From Bdellovibrionota bacterium (GTDB taxonomy: Bacteria > Bdellovibrionota_C > UBA2361 > JBGSMV01): a DNA stretch of 64,000 bases. Under the pieces are notes generated by a model. It was not told where the DNA came from. It saw only the letters and a program-made list of their open reading frames with translations, and made no database searches. Made by a program: the position numbers and the translations under genes. The stretch is taken from the NCBI GenBank assembly GCA_041739995.1, contig JBGSMV010000080.1, positions 34,738 to 98,737 on the forward strand. Direction: 5' to 3'. Position 1 is the stretch's first letter; each line of letters opens with the position of its first letter. Of this stretch, positions 1 through 9,296 are shown piece by piece.

Positions 1-505
1 GAGTGTCGATATTAAGACAGTGATTGATCAGTACGGAAGTCTCTCACATCTCGACTTAGGCGACATCCTGCGTGGAGACGTCGAACGCAATCGTGACGCC
101 TATGACGTTACTAGGCTGATTCGATTGCCGCAGCTCATCACTTCCGAGTCCCACGTATACGACTTTCACCTGAGTCGGACCGAGCCGAATTTTATTACTC
201 AACGTCGCGTCAGCGAACTCGTGGTACTAGAGGACGAGATTCTTAATCAGGATCTCTCAAGGCGAATCGTGTTTATTCGCAGCGCTGACCCTGGATATGA
301 TTGGCTGTTCTCTCGCAACATCGGAGGATTAGTCACCATGTACGGTGGCGCAAATTCCCATATGGCGATACGTTGCGCTGAGTTAAGTATTCCGGCTGTT
401 ATCGGGTGCGGTGAGAAGAACTTTGAGTCATGGAGCCGCTCACGTATGCTCGAGATTGACTGCACGAATCGATTAGTCAAAGTGCCTAGCGATCTTCCAT
501 CGTAG
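1..505 (+). CDS. C-terminal part (5'-truncated by the window edge) of a PEP-utilising-enzyme family protein that ends in the phosphohistidine swivel (mobile) domain. Having the His domain at the C-terminus matches rifampicin-phosphotransferase / glutamine-kinase-like members rather than PpsA
   Basis: The frame is open back to position 2 with no upstream stop. The motif GGANSHMAIRCAELSIPAVIGCGE matches the PEP-utilisers mobile-domain consensus (GGxTSHAAIxARELGIPAVVG) including the catalytic His. The stop at 503-505 abuts the next start (ATG 507). Confidence 0.6.
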   Translation, partial: SVDIKTVIDQYGSLSHLDLGDILRGDVERNRDAYDVTRLIRLPQLITSESHVYDFHLSRTEPNFITQRRVSELVVLEDEILNQDLSRRIVFIRSADPGYDWLFSRNIGGLVTMYGGANSHMAIRCAELSIPAVIGCGEKNFESWSRSRMLEIDCTNRLVKVPSDLPS

Positions 506-506
506 T

Positions 507-1082
507 GTGATGATTCCGTATCGTCCGAATTACCTTGCTGATTCCTGTGTTCCAGTAGTCTGGATTACTGGCCTTGCGGGTGCGGGCAAGACGACCCTTG
601 CAGACCGCGTATGGGCCGAATTGCGTCCCACACTTCCAAATATTGTGAGACTCGATGGTGATGCGGTCAGAGAGATCTGGGGGGGAGAACTTGGATACAC
701 TCTCGAAGATCGCATTACGAATGCGGAGCGCCTAAGCCGCTTGGCTCTGTGCCTCCATCGGCAGGGGCTTGTAGTAGTCTGCTCGACCATGTCGCTCTAC
801 CCGCAAATTTGGGACTGGAATCGTGAGCATTTTAATTCGTATATTGAAGTGTACCTGCGCGTTAACATGGAGGTGCTTCAAGCTCGCAACAAGAAGGGGC
901 TTTACTCAACCTCAAATGCTGATGACGGACAAACAGTGGTAGGACGTGGCCAGGAATTTCATGAGCCCACCGCAGCGCACCTCACACTAGTAAACGAGAC
1001 AGTGGAAAACCTGGAATCTAATGTTATTCAAATCGTTCAGGCGATTAGGCAGAGCATGAACCTCAGGGGTCAGATATTATGA
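507..1082 (+). CDS. Adenylylsulfate-kinase-like P-loop kinase (CysC family). It may be a true APS kinase making PAPS, or a CysC-homologous nucleotide 3'-kinase such as a cytidine diphosphoramidate kinase
   Basis: Walker A GLAGAGKTTLA; LDGDAVR; DRxxNxxRL; C-terminal ARNKKGLY that resembles the CysC RDxKGLY motif. It is divergent from canonical CysC around the FTGIxSPYE region. It overlaps both neighbours, which suggests an operon. Confidence 0.65.
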   Translation: MMIPYRPNYLADSCVPVVWITGLAGAGKTTLADRVWAELRPTLPNIVRLDGDAVREIWGGELGYTLEDRITNAERLSRLALCLHRQGLVVVCSTMSLYPQIWDWNREHFNSYIEVYLRVNMEVLQARNKKGLYSTSNADDGQTVVGRGQEFHEPTAAHLTLVNETVENLESNVIQIVQAIRQSMNLRGQIL

Positions 1083-1846
1083 AACAGGGCGATTTTACAG
1101 ACTTGGCGAAGAACTACATCAATCGCCCTGGGTACTCGGCAAATGTATTGCGTGCTCTCGCAGAATACACTGGTGCGCGGAAATCTTCTCAGTTTCTCGT
1201 TGCTGACGTTGGTGCGGGAACCGGAAAGCTAACTGAGAACCTTGTCGAGCAGGAGCTCAAGGTCGTCGCTATCGAACCGAACGACGCAATGCGCGAAGAG
1301 GGCATGCGCTATACGGCTCCGCACCAAATTCCCTGGTCTAAGGGGAGTGGAGAGTCCACCGGTCTAGCTGCCACCTCGGTAAATTGGGTGTTGATGGGGT
1401 CGTCCTTTCACTGGGTCGACTTAAAGCTTGGCCTCGCTGAGTTTCACCGGGTACTAAAGAAAGGGGGTCATTTCACCGCACTTTGGAATCCGCGAGATTT
1501 GGAGCGTAGCGATCTACACCGTCGCATCGAAGAGCGTATTCATTCAATTGCCCCAAATATTTCCCGGGCCTCCTCCGGAGCCGGCAAATACACCGCCACC
1601 CTATTCGACGATCTCGTATCGACTGGACACTTTAAAGAGCCACTTTTTGTCGAGGCACGTCATGAAGTCGTGATGACGCCCGAGCGTTATCTCGGCGCAT
1701 GGCGTTCGGTCAATGATATTCAGTCACAGGCAGGGCCAGAGAAGTTCGCCGAAATTCTCATAGCGGTTGAGAAGGAAATCGCAAGTCTCAGCGAGATCGT
1801 CGTTCCGTATAAAACAAGATCATGGACGGTCCAGCGCGTCGATTGA
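1079..1846 (+). CDS. Class I SAM-dependent methyltransferase
   Basis: SAM-binding motif I VADVGAGTGKLTE, acidic motif II VVAIEPND and a Methyltransf_11-like length of 255 aa. ATGA overlap with the upstream gene. Confidence 0.7.
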   Translation: MKQGDFTDLAKNYINRPGYSANVLRALAEYTGARKSSQFLVADVGAGTGKLTENLVEQELKVVAIEPNDAMREEGMRYTAPHQIPWSKGSGESTGLAATSVNWVLMGSSFHWVDLKLGLAEFHRVLKKGGHFTALWNPRDLERSDLHRRIEERIHSIAPNISRASSGAGKYTATLFDDLVSTGHFKEPLFVEARHEVVMTPERYLGAWRSVNDIQSQAGPEKFAEILIAVEKEIASLSEIVVPYKTRSWTVQRVD

Positions 1847-1863
1847 TCGGGAGTTAGAAGTCA

Positions 1864-2592
1864 ATGAAAGGGATTGTTCTTGCCGCCGGTGAAGGCTCCC
1901 GACTCCGTCCACTCACCGACGATCGGCCCAAATGCATGGTGGAATATCGCGGGAAGCCGATATTGGACTACACCATCGAAGCCTTTCAACAGGGCGGATT
2001 AGCTGAAATTATCGTTGTCGGCGGCTATAAAGCCGAAGCGATTCAACGTTCCAGTGTTCGGAGTTATCTAAATCCACGATACGCAAGCACCAATATGGTG
2101 CACACGCTCTTCTGCGCCGAGGAGGAACTCACAGACGATATTATAGTGTCTTATGGCGACATCATTTATCATCCCGACATATTGAAAACGCTTATTGCTG
2201 ACCCCGGCATTATAGTTGTCGTGGTTGATAATCGCTGGGAGGAGCTGTGGCGACGTCGTATGGCTGATCCGCTCAGCGATGCAGAAACCATGAAGATCGA
2301 TCCTTCGGGGAATATCGTTGAGCTTGGGAAGAAACCGAATTCGTATGCGGATATACAGGGGCAGTACATAGGTCTATTCAAACTCGCGCGAAGCATCCTT
2401 CCGCAAATTCGAGATTTTTATCACTCGCTTGATCGCACGGCTCAATATGATGGAAAGAGCTTTGATCAGATGTATATGACCAGCTTCCTTCAGTTAATTG
2501 CCGATCAACTTCATCCAATTCGCGCGCTTCCTATTGAGGGAGGCTGGCTTGAGATCGATTCCGAGACCGATCTGGAGTGCCAGGCGGTTTAA
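1864..2592 (+). CDS. Sugar/phospho-substrate nucleotidyltransferase (LicC-like / CTP:phospho-X cytidylyltransferase family)
   Basis: N-terminal GIVLAAGEGSRLRPLTDDRPKCMV is the nucleotidyltransferase signature (G-x-G-x-R-L). It is 242 aa, the size of LicC-like cytidylyltransferases. Confidence 0.65.
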   Translation: MKGIVLAAGEGSRLRPLTDDRPKCMVEYRGKPILDYTIEAFQQGGLAEIIVVGGYKAEAIQRSSVRSYLNPRYASTNMVHTLFCAEEELTDDIIVSYGDIIYHPDILKTLIADPGIIVVVVDNRWEELWRRRMADPLSDAETMKIDPSGNIVELGKKPNSYADIQGQYIGLFKLARSILPQIRDFYHSLDRTAQYDGKSFDQMYMTSFLQLIADQLHPIRALPIEGGWLEIDSETDLECQAV

Positions 2593-2613
2593 GGTGACCC
2601 ACGCTTTGTAGCG

Positions 2614-4287
2614 CTATAGTGCTTTTAACACCGCGTCAATCCCTAGCCTATCGTAGTAACCCGCGATCCGTTCTGAGCCCTGCCTACTTTTTGAACCTTG
2701 AACGACTGCGTGAAAATCACTGACTGCTTCATGACCTTCTGCAGAATCTGGCGCAACGCGTAATAGCAATCCGCCTGCGGCATAACGAGCAATGCGGCTT
2801 CTCGATTGCGCCACACGACGAAGTCGATCAATCGCATATGCTTCATGGGTACGGTGCAGAAGGAGCTGCAACGCAAGATGACACTCAAGAATCGGGAGTT
2901 CGTCAACAAGCATGCAGTATTTCTGGAGCACCTTCTCAAATTCGCCAAATTGAAATTGCGGTTGCTGAAAATTACGGCGAATAGAAGAAAGCATGCTCTC
3001 GATCCAGAGATCGCGCGCCACGGTGAAAACGCTCAGATCCCACGTGAATGCGGGTATGACAGGTGCTATCGAAAGATCGTATCGAGCTTGGTGTTCTGTT
3101 CTCACCACACTTGCCACCAATGCGTAGCGGTTCAGCACACTTTGAGAATTGGCACTTCTCCACCGCTCTGCTCTTCCAGAGGTTGCTGCAGAATTTGGGT
3201 AGGCAGTCGCCTTTGCGCGTTCCGAGTTGCTCACCGCGGATTGAATAGCTTCGTCGCCTCGTTCGATCTCAAGAAACGACACTAAGCCACGCACCGCCCG
3301 TAGCGCACGATCGGGGTCCGTAAGATCCTCAAAGTAGAGGTGCATCAGATTGTCAGTGGGAACGCAGACTTCGAGAAATGTCTCTACCAAGAGCCACTCT
3401 TCAATCGTCGCCTGTCCAAAGATTCCTTCGCCGCCGTTCGTGGGAAGGTCAAGAACGTCATCCACACAAATCTCAGTCGTGTTTGATTGCAGGTTATTCT
3501 GTTTCGAAATACACACGTCACGTGGATCGCGAACGATTCGAACATGCTTCTTTCCGCTAAAGATCGCGGGCGAGAGGCTATGGGAAAACTGTGCCCCTAC
3601 ATCAACTTCGAAGGAGAAGTCCCGCCGACCACCCTGACGGACGACTATCGGCAAACAACTCGTCAGCCATTCGTGATGCTGCTCAAGCAGCCGAAAACTT
3701 CCTGCATGGAAGCGGAACATATCGTGAAAGCGTCCAAAATAGGTACATATTCCCAATTCTAGGAGCAAGTTCCATGTCTTATAAGTGCCACTGCACTCCA
3801 TGGACGAGAATTGAACCTCGCGAAGAAACGCACCATCGGCTACTCCCTCTGAGACTAAACAGATGCCATAAAGCGCCGACGAATTGAGGATAACTTTTGC
3901 CGGATGAAAGTCAGGGCGCAGTTCTATGAGTTTCTGGAGCAGAAGAGGTCCAAGATTGGGTTCGCCCGCGGAGCAAGCAGCCTGCGCCGCGTACCACAGA
4001 ATGCGCATCCCGGGGAAACCCATCTCGAGCGCCTTTATGAGATGCCCAAGTGCGACGGAAAATTCTCTCGCGCGGTAGGCGAGAACTCCAAGCCAGAATG
4101 GTCCGAATGGATCAGCGGGGTGTTGAACCGAGAAGAGTTGTGCCGCCGATCGGATCTCGGCAAGGTCTGCGTTTTCCCCTAGCTGACTATCTTCAACCGC
4201 AAAGATGCGTGAGCTTTCAACATTTCGGCTATGACGAAAGTGCTCAAGGTATTGTCCAAAGATGTCCAAACCAGACTGGTCTGTCAC
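2614..4287 (-). CDS. Sulfotransferase-domain protein with an N-terminal helical-repeat region
   Basis: VRIVRDPRDVCIS resembles the 3'-phosphate-binding RDPRD motif of sulfotransferases. LYFEDLTDPDRALRAVRGLVSFLEI matches the typical C-terminal Y-E-D-L-x-x-P...FLG sulfotransferase segment. 557 aa. Confidence 0.5.
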   Translation of the reverse strand: MTDQSGLDIFGQYLEHFRHSRNVESSRIFAVEDSQLGENADLAEIRSAAQLFSVQHPADPFGPFWLGVLAYRAREFSVALGHLIKALEMGFPGMRILWYAAQAACSAGEPNLGPLLLQKLIELRPDFHPAKVILNSSALYGICLVSEGVADGAFLREVQFSSMECSGTYKTWNLLLELGICTYFGRFHDMFRFHAGSFRLLEQHHEWLTSCLPIVVRQGGRRDFSFEVDVGAQFSHSLSPAIFSGKKHVRIVRDPRDVCISKQNNLQSNTTEICVDDVLDLPTNGGEGIFGQATIEEWLLVETFLEVCVPTDNLMHLYFEDLTDPDRALRAVRGLVSFLEIERGDEAIQSAVSNSERAKATAYPNSAATSGRAERWRSANSQSVLNRYALVASVVRTEHQARYDLSIAPVIPAFTWDLSVFTVARDLWIESMLSSIRRNFQQPQFQFGEFEKVLQKYCMLVDELPILECHLALQLLLHRTHEAYAIDRLRRVAQSRSRIARYAAGGLLLRVAPDSAEGHEAVSDFHAVVQGSKSRQGSERIAGYYDRLGIDAVLKAL

Positions 4288-4422
4288 GGTATCCGCCTAT
4301 AGCGAAGTGTAATCACGCAGCAATGCTGAACCCTTCCAATCTATAATGAAGCTTGCAGAATCGCGCCAGCAAAAGTGATATAGCATCGAGACAGAGGACG
4401 AACTCTCAGACCGTCGCTAGAG

Positions 4423-5124
4423 TTAAGATGAAATACTCAATATCTTGATGATTTTAATGTTCCACAGCAACTGTAGACCATTCGTATTCATACGAACGCC
4501 GTCCACTGCAGCAGTCCAAGAGCGCAGCTTGTTCTCCTTGGCCGGAATATCAAATGGCATCACCTGTTCGTCTACGTCGCAGCGCCACCCCAGCTCAGCA
4601 AGCCTCGCACAGAAGAGACCGAGAGGATACTGGTTGAACCCCGTGTGCCACTCACTGCTCCCCACACGCCGGTATTTGAGGGCGACCTCGAAATCGAAGT
4701 CATTAAAAACTCCAGTGATTACTGCGAGACCGCCCGGTCGCACATGGCGCAGGATATTCAAGGCAACGGGGATGGGGTCAGTCCAATACGAGAGAAGCGA
4801 TGTCGCGGTGACAAGATCAAATTTCTCGGAAAGACTGAAGCTTTCGGCATCGCCTACTTGAAACTCGATTTTCTGCGCTTCAAACCGTTTTTTTGCGCTC
4901 GCGATTAGCTCCTCCCCAATATCAACTCCTACTTTTCTCCCCGTAGGGAATACACTCTGGGAGAGGTGTGCGAGCAGTTCCCCGCTCGCACATCCAACAT
5001 CGAGACAGGATACCCCTTTGGCCACGTCGAAATGCGCGGTGGCAATCGAACTAATCCGTTTGAAGAGATCTTTAACTTCGAAGTGCGCGTCGTCTTGAAC
5101 ATGAAAATTGGAGGGGTTTGTCAT
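4423..5124 (-). CDS. Class I SAM-dependent methyltransferase
   Basis: Motif I CLDVGCASGELLAHL. The start was moved to internal Met (MTNPSNF) because the longer N-terminal extension in the ORF track is low-complexity. Confidence 0.6.
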   Translation of the reverse strand: MTNPSNFHVQDDAHFEVKDLFKRISSIATAHFDVAKGVSCLDVGCASGELLAHLSQSVFPTGRKVGVDIGEELIASAKKRFEAQKIEFQVGDAESFSLSEKFDLVTATSLLSYWTDPIPVALNILRHVRPGGLAVITGVFNDFDFEVALKYRRVGSSEWHTGFNQYPLGLFCARLAELGWRCDVDEQVMPFDIPAKENKLRSWTAAVDGVRMNTNGLQLLWNIKIIKILSISS

Positions 5125-5325
5125 AGCGGTCCATGAACTAGTTGCTGATCCAGTCAAAGAGAGAAGACTTGGGCTGTGGGGAGCTAACCGGTTTGTACAC
5201 AACCCATGGTGCAGCTACCCAAAAATACTCATAATTTCGCGAATCCTTGGTCATTTTCGCAGACTCGAAACATAGAGAGTAGTGGTACGTTTAGTGAATA
5301 GTATCAATTAGGTACATGGATTCCG

Positions 5326-7533
5326 ATGTCTCAGACTAGAGTACTGTTCTACGTTCCCTATGGGGGCTGGACTGTCCACAACCAGGTGGAAGCCGCTATC
5401 GCTTCCGCGCTCAGGGTTCGGGGCGCCGAAGTTATGGTGGTTGGGTGCGACGGCCTATTCTCGGAACGTTGTTATATTCTTAGTGGTTCTAAAACACCCG
5501 AAGCCGACTGCGCCCATTGCACAAAAACTGGGGTAGATTTTTTTGGAGCATTTCAATTACCGCTAGTGCAACTACGCTCGGCCCTCCAAAAGGGCGACTA
5601 CGATGGGATCGATAGCTGGCTGAACGATCAGGATCCTGCGCACTTCCCCGAGCTCACTTTTGAGGAGATTCCTGTTGGTAAACTGACTTCACCAGCAGTA
5701 TGTGGGTTTCATACGATAGGTCCCACCCTGCTCCGAGAAGCCGACCCGCAGTACACGCATCGGCTTTATCTGAAATATTGGCTGCTCACCTATGCCGGAC
5801 TCAATCGAATATTCGAACAATTCAAACCAACTCACACGGTCATTTTCCACGGAGCTGGTTTCTCGCATTCAGCAGCACTTTCACTTTCGAAAAAACGTGG
5901 GGTACCGATAGTCACGCATGAGAAGGGCTGGGTACCTCGTTCCTTCCTGATGGCGATCGATGAAACCGTGATAGGACCTTATTCGCGCGCAAAGTCTTCA
6001 CGAGCCTGGCTTCCGTACCCCTTATCTGCAGAGGAGGTGAAAAAGGCAGGGGAACTCTTTACCGACTGGGAGGAAGGCAAGAATAGGGTCACCGGACGAT
6101 TCTTTTCCTATTCAACCGATCCTACTCGCCTGCGGGAGCATCTTGGAATCCCCTCCGATGCCAGAATTTTCTCCGTCTTTACCACCAGCGAGCATGAGAT
6201 CCTTTATCTGGATGAATGGGGAATCTTACATGAACAAGTTCTGATGATTGAGCGTCTCGCCGAGATATTTCGTTCGAGAAAAGAATACTTAGTTATCCGT
6301 CACCACCCAAACGTCTGTAACCCTCTTCATCCAGGTCCCGACTCAGATTACCTCGAGAGGCTGCTCGCACTTTCGCAGCGACTTCCCTCAAATGTGCGAA
6401 TGATCATGCCGTATGAGTCGGTAAATTCTTACAGCCTCCTCTGGCATAGCGACGCCACTTTCTCGACAATCTCCACCATTGGTCTTGAAGCCGTCGCTCG
6501 CGGCATTCCGAGCGCTTCGCTTTCATGTTCAAGTTTCAGCGCTTCGATGCAAATGACTCTCGAATCGCTCGAACCTTCCGACCTCGAAAGAATGGTCAAC
6601 GATCTCCTATCGACACCTCTGAGCGCCTCTCTCGAGCAAATAGCGAAGGCCTATCGCGTCCTTTTCACGCAGATGTTTAGGTTTCCCCTTACCTTTAAAA
6701 CCATTGGTGTCGACGAGAACCGGAGGCCTGAGATTAAGATTGAATCTGTAGAGCAACTTCTACCTGGTGCAGATCCGGTGATGGATCGAGTATGCGACTA
6801 TTTCCTGAGGGGAACTTCTCTGCATGAGATTCCAGGTGACAACGCGCAAAATCGTAACGAGCATGATGAACGAAACGCTCTCGCCGAGGAGCGCGAGCGC
6901 TTCGTGCAGGCACGCGCGTTAGCTCGCGGGTCAGCACAAACTCAGGCGCCGCTCCCACTTTCAATGGCCGTGGTACTCGCTCGATACACCGATGGAGAGG
7001 CTCAGCAGCCGTGGTGGCTGGGCCGCCAAAGGACTAAACAATACCGCTTCTATCCCGCACAAGTACCCTCTCACGCTGACTGGCGAGAGCAGCTGATCTC
7101 GTTACAAAGAGTTATTATGGAACGCGAGGAAGCGCTTGTACTACCGGCACACCCGTCTTGCGAGTATGATGAATGCTTGATGCAATCGTCAAGCGAAGCC
7201 ATAAGCTGCTCCGAGCGTCACATTGACGCGGTGCTTTGGGGAGCATGGCTGTATGATAAGAATTCAAAGTTGATTAGCGGGGCCTATACTCCCTACCACA
7301 AAGTGAGTTCGTGGGAGGAACTCCTTAAGCATATGCCACAACTTGGAACGGTTACTGGGCAGCTAGGCCTGGGAGTATTCAGACGTGATTTTTTAGTGAG
7401 ACTCCTCTCTGAGATGGGCGCTGCGAAGAACGAGCAGGTTGCTGCCTTTGAACTATTTAGACTGCTCTCGGGAGATGCTGTACTTCGGCTCGAACAACCA
7501 ATGGTGTTTTATAAACAGGATCTCCAGGGATGA
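5326..7533 (+). CDS. Large 735-aa hypothetical protein. A central region resembles the C-terminal GT-B-like half of capsule-polysaccharide (KpsC/KpsS, beta-Kdo transferase) family proteins, making it a candidate CMP-ulosonic-acid transferase
   Basis: Long ORF in the operon with ATGA overlap to the downstream SDR. Segments HHPNV...PYESVNSYSLLWHSDATFSTISTIGLEAVARGIP resemble the Capsule_synth/TagF-like donor-binding half. The N-terminus VLFYVPYGGW...GAEV is Rossmann-like. The family assignment is from memory only. Confidence 0.4.
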   Translation: MSQTRVLFYVPYGGWTVHNQVEAAIASALRVRGAEVMVVGCDGLFSERCYILSGSKTPEADCAHCTKTGVDFFGAFQLPLVQLRSALQKGDYDGIDSWLNDQDPAHFPELTFEEIPVGKLTSPAVCGFHTIGPTLLREADPQYTHRLYLKYWLLTYAGLNRIFEQFKPTHTVIFHGAGFSHSAALSLSKKRGVPIVTHEKGWVPRSFLMAIDETVIGPYSRAKSSRAWLPYPLSAEEVKKAGELFTDWEEGKNRVTGRFFSYSTDPTRLREHLGIPSDARIFSVFTTSEHEILYLDEWGILHEQVLMIERLAEIFRSRKEYLVIRHHPNVCNPLHPGPDSDYLERLLALSQRLPSNVRMIMPYESVNSYSLLWHSDATFSTISTIGLEAVARGIPSASLSCSSFSASMQMTLESLEPSDLERMVNDLLSTPLSASLEQIAKAYRVLFTQMFRFPLTFKTIGVDENRRPEIKIESVEQLLPGADPVMDRVCDYFLRGTSLHEIPGDNAQNRNEHDERNALAEERERFVQARALARGSAQTQAPLPLSMAVVLARYTDGEAQQPWWLGRQRTKQYRFYPAQVPSHADWREQLISLQRVIMEREEALVLPAHPSCEYDECLMQSSSEAISCSERHIDAVLWGAWLYDKNSKLISGAYTPYHKVSSWEELLKHMPQLGTVTGQLGLGVFRRDFLVRLLSEMGAAKNEQVAAFELFRLLSGDAVLRLEQPMVFYKQDLQG

Positions 7534-8357
7534 AAACCGGTAGCGCCACCGCAATGTTTGATCTGACCGGAAAGGTGATCGTGGTCACCGGTGCTGCAGG
7601 TATCCTCGGCGGTCATTTTAGTCGTGCACTTGCGGGCAGTGGCGGCACCCTCGCACTTCTTGATCAACAACGACTCGAAGTCGAGGAACTCGCAAAATCG
7701 ATTGCCCTTGAGTTCGGTGTTGATGCGATTGGACTCCATTGTGACGTGACTGATCCGAAGTCTGTCATACAAGCCGTAGATCAGGTCGAAGACCGATTTG
7801 GTCACATCGATGTCTTACATAACAATGCCGCAACAAAGGGGAAGGATCCCCGTGCCTTCTTTGATCCTTTTGAGGACTTCTCTCTCCGTACTTGGCGCGA
7901 GATTATGTCGGTCAACATCGATGGGATGTTTTTAATGGCTCAGGCCGTCGGTCGAAAAATGAAAGCGAGAGGCAACGGTGGAAGTATAATTCAAACCGCG
8001 TCAATATATGGAGTCGTTGCGCCAGACCAGAGAATCTACGAAGGCTCGAACTACCTCGGAGGCACCATTAATACTCCTGCGGTATATTCAACATCAAAGG
8101 CAGCGGTCATTGGCCTTTCGCAACATCTTTCAACCTACTGGGGCCCACTTGGAATTCGAGTGAACACTCTCACCCCTGGCGGCGTGCAAAGCGGCCAAAA
8201 TGGTGAATTTGTGCGCAAGTATAGCGAACGAGTCCCGCTCGGACGCATGGCAACACCCGATGACCTTAGTGGCGCACTGGTATACCTCGCATCCGACGCT
8301 TCTCGCTATGTAACGGGGCAGAATTTGGTGGTCGATGGAGGCTTCACCGTTTGGTGA
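7530..8357 (+). CDS. Short-chain dehydrogenase/reductase (SDR) family oxidoreductase
   Basis: Cofactor-binding VIVVTGAAGILG; catalytic YSTSKAAVIGL (YxxxK); 275 aa. Confidence 0.8.
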   Translation: MKTGSATAMFDLTGKVIVVTGAAGILGGHFSRALAGSGGTLALLDQQRLEVEELAKSIALEFGVDAIGLHCDVTDPKSVIQAVDQVEDRFGHIDVLHNNAATKGKDPRAFFDPFEDFSLRTWREIMSVNIDGMFLMAQAVGRKMKARGNGGSIIQTASIYGVVAPDQRIYEGSNYLGGTINTPAVYSTSKAAVIGLSQHLSTYWGPLGIRVNTLTPGGVQSGQNGEFVRKYSERVPLGRMATPDDLSGALVYLASDASRYVTGQNLVVDGGFTVW

Positions 8358-8372
8358 CCAGCAGGAGTTAGT

Positions 8373-9296
8373 ATGGGGTGCTGCACCCGCGTAATCGCCC
8401 GCTTGGACATTAAAGGTCCAAATGTAATTAAGGGACTCCAGTTCGAGGGGCACCGCGTTTTGGGCACTGCGGATGCATTAGCAACTGCATACTACCGAGC
8501 CGGGATCGACGAGATAATTTATCAGGACACTGTCGCCAGCCTCTATCAACGCTCCAACATTGCGGAACTCATCAAGCGCGCTGCTACCGGTATCTTTGTC
8601 CCCATAGCGGTTGGAGGCGGGCTACGAAGCATAGAAGATATGCGAAACGTACTTCGCGCCGGGGCGGATAAAGTTATCTTGAATACCGGTGCAGTAAAAT
8701 CTCCGTCGCTAATAGACGCAGGTGCCCGCGAGTTCGGATCTCAGTGCATTGTTTGCTCAATCGAAACCGCTCGAATCAATGGTGAATATAAGGTTTGGGT
8801 TGACTATGGACGTGAGGTCTCCTCTCTAGACCCCGTCAGCTGGGCTCAAGAAGTAGTGAATCGTGGCGCTGGCGAGATTATCATCAACTCACTTATGCAT
8901 GACGGCATGGGTGAAGGGTTCGATTTGGATATAATCAGCCAAATTGCAGAAAAAGTCTCGGTGCCGGTGGTAGCCTCGGGTGGTGCTGGCAAGAGGGAGC
9001 ACTGTCTCGACGTGCTGCGCTCAACCTCCGCGAATGCCGTAGTAGTAGGCTCGATGTTTCACTACCACTATCTGCAAAACTCCACTCAGGCATTACCACA
9101 GCAACCTTCTCACCTACTCGGCGGAGAAATCGATCAGGGAAACTTCGATTTTATAAAAGATGGTTATGGAGGTGATCGCGCCATTATGGTGCAGCCAACC
9201 TCGGTGCAAGAGGTCAAAACGTTCTTGAGTGAAAATGGGATTGTCGTTCGCACCGCAATTTCGTCACCTCTGCCTGACCATAGGGTGTCAGAATGA
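8373..9296 (+). CDS. Imidazole-glycerol-phosphate-synthase cyclase-like (HisF-like, WbuZ/PseudoHisF-type) subunit of a sugar amidotransferase
   Basis: HisF-like (beta/alpha)8 motifs RVIARLDIKG, VPIAVGGGLRS, VVASGGAG. It is followed by a HisH-like and a WbpG-like gene, the arrangement seen in O-antigen/nonulosonate acetamidino loci. Confidence 0.75.
   Translation: MGCCTRVIARLDIKGPNVIKGLQFEGHRVLGTADALATAYYRAGIDEIIYQDTVASLYQRSNIAELIKRAATGIFVPIAVGGGLRSIEDMRNVLRAGADKVILNTGAVKSPSLIDAGAREFGSQCIVCSIETARINGEYKVWVDYGREVSSLDPVSWAQEVVNRGAGEIIINSLMHDGMGEGFDLDIISQIAEKVSVPVVASGGAGKREHCLDVLRSTSANAVVVGSMFHYHYLQNSTQALPQQPSHLLGGEIDQGNFDFIKDGYGGDRAIMVQPTSVQEVKTFLSENGIVVRTAISSPLPDHRVSE

Noticed and set aside
507-1082. 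Assigning the gene symbol cysC outright
   Set aside because: The protein is divergent from canonical APS kinase in the sulfate/APS-contacting C-terminal motif, and its immediate neighbours fit a phosphoramidate-type pathway. I left the symbol blank and reported both hypotheses.
2806-4346. Cluster of plus-strand ORFs (2806..3285, 3350..3637, 3487..3762, 3591..3887, 3904..4182, 4050..4346) inside the sulfotransferase-like gene
   Set aside because: All are antisense to, or out of frame within, a long well-supported minus-strand CDS. They are short and have no recognisable domains, so they are shadow ORFs.
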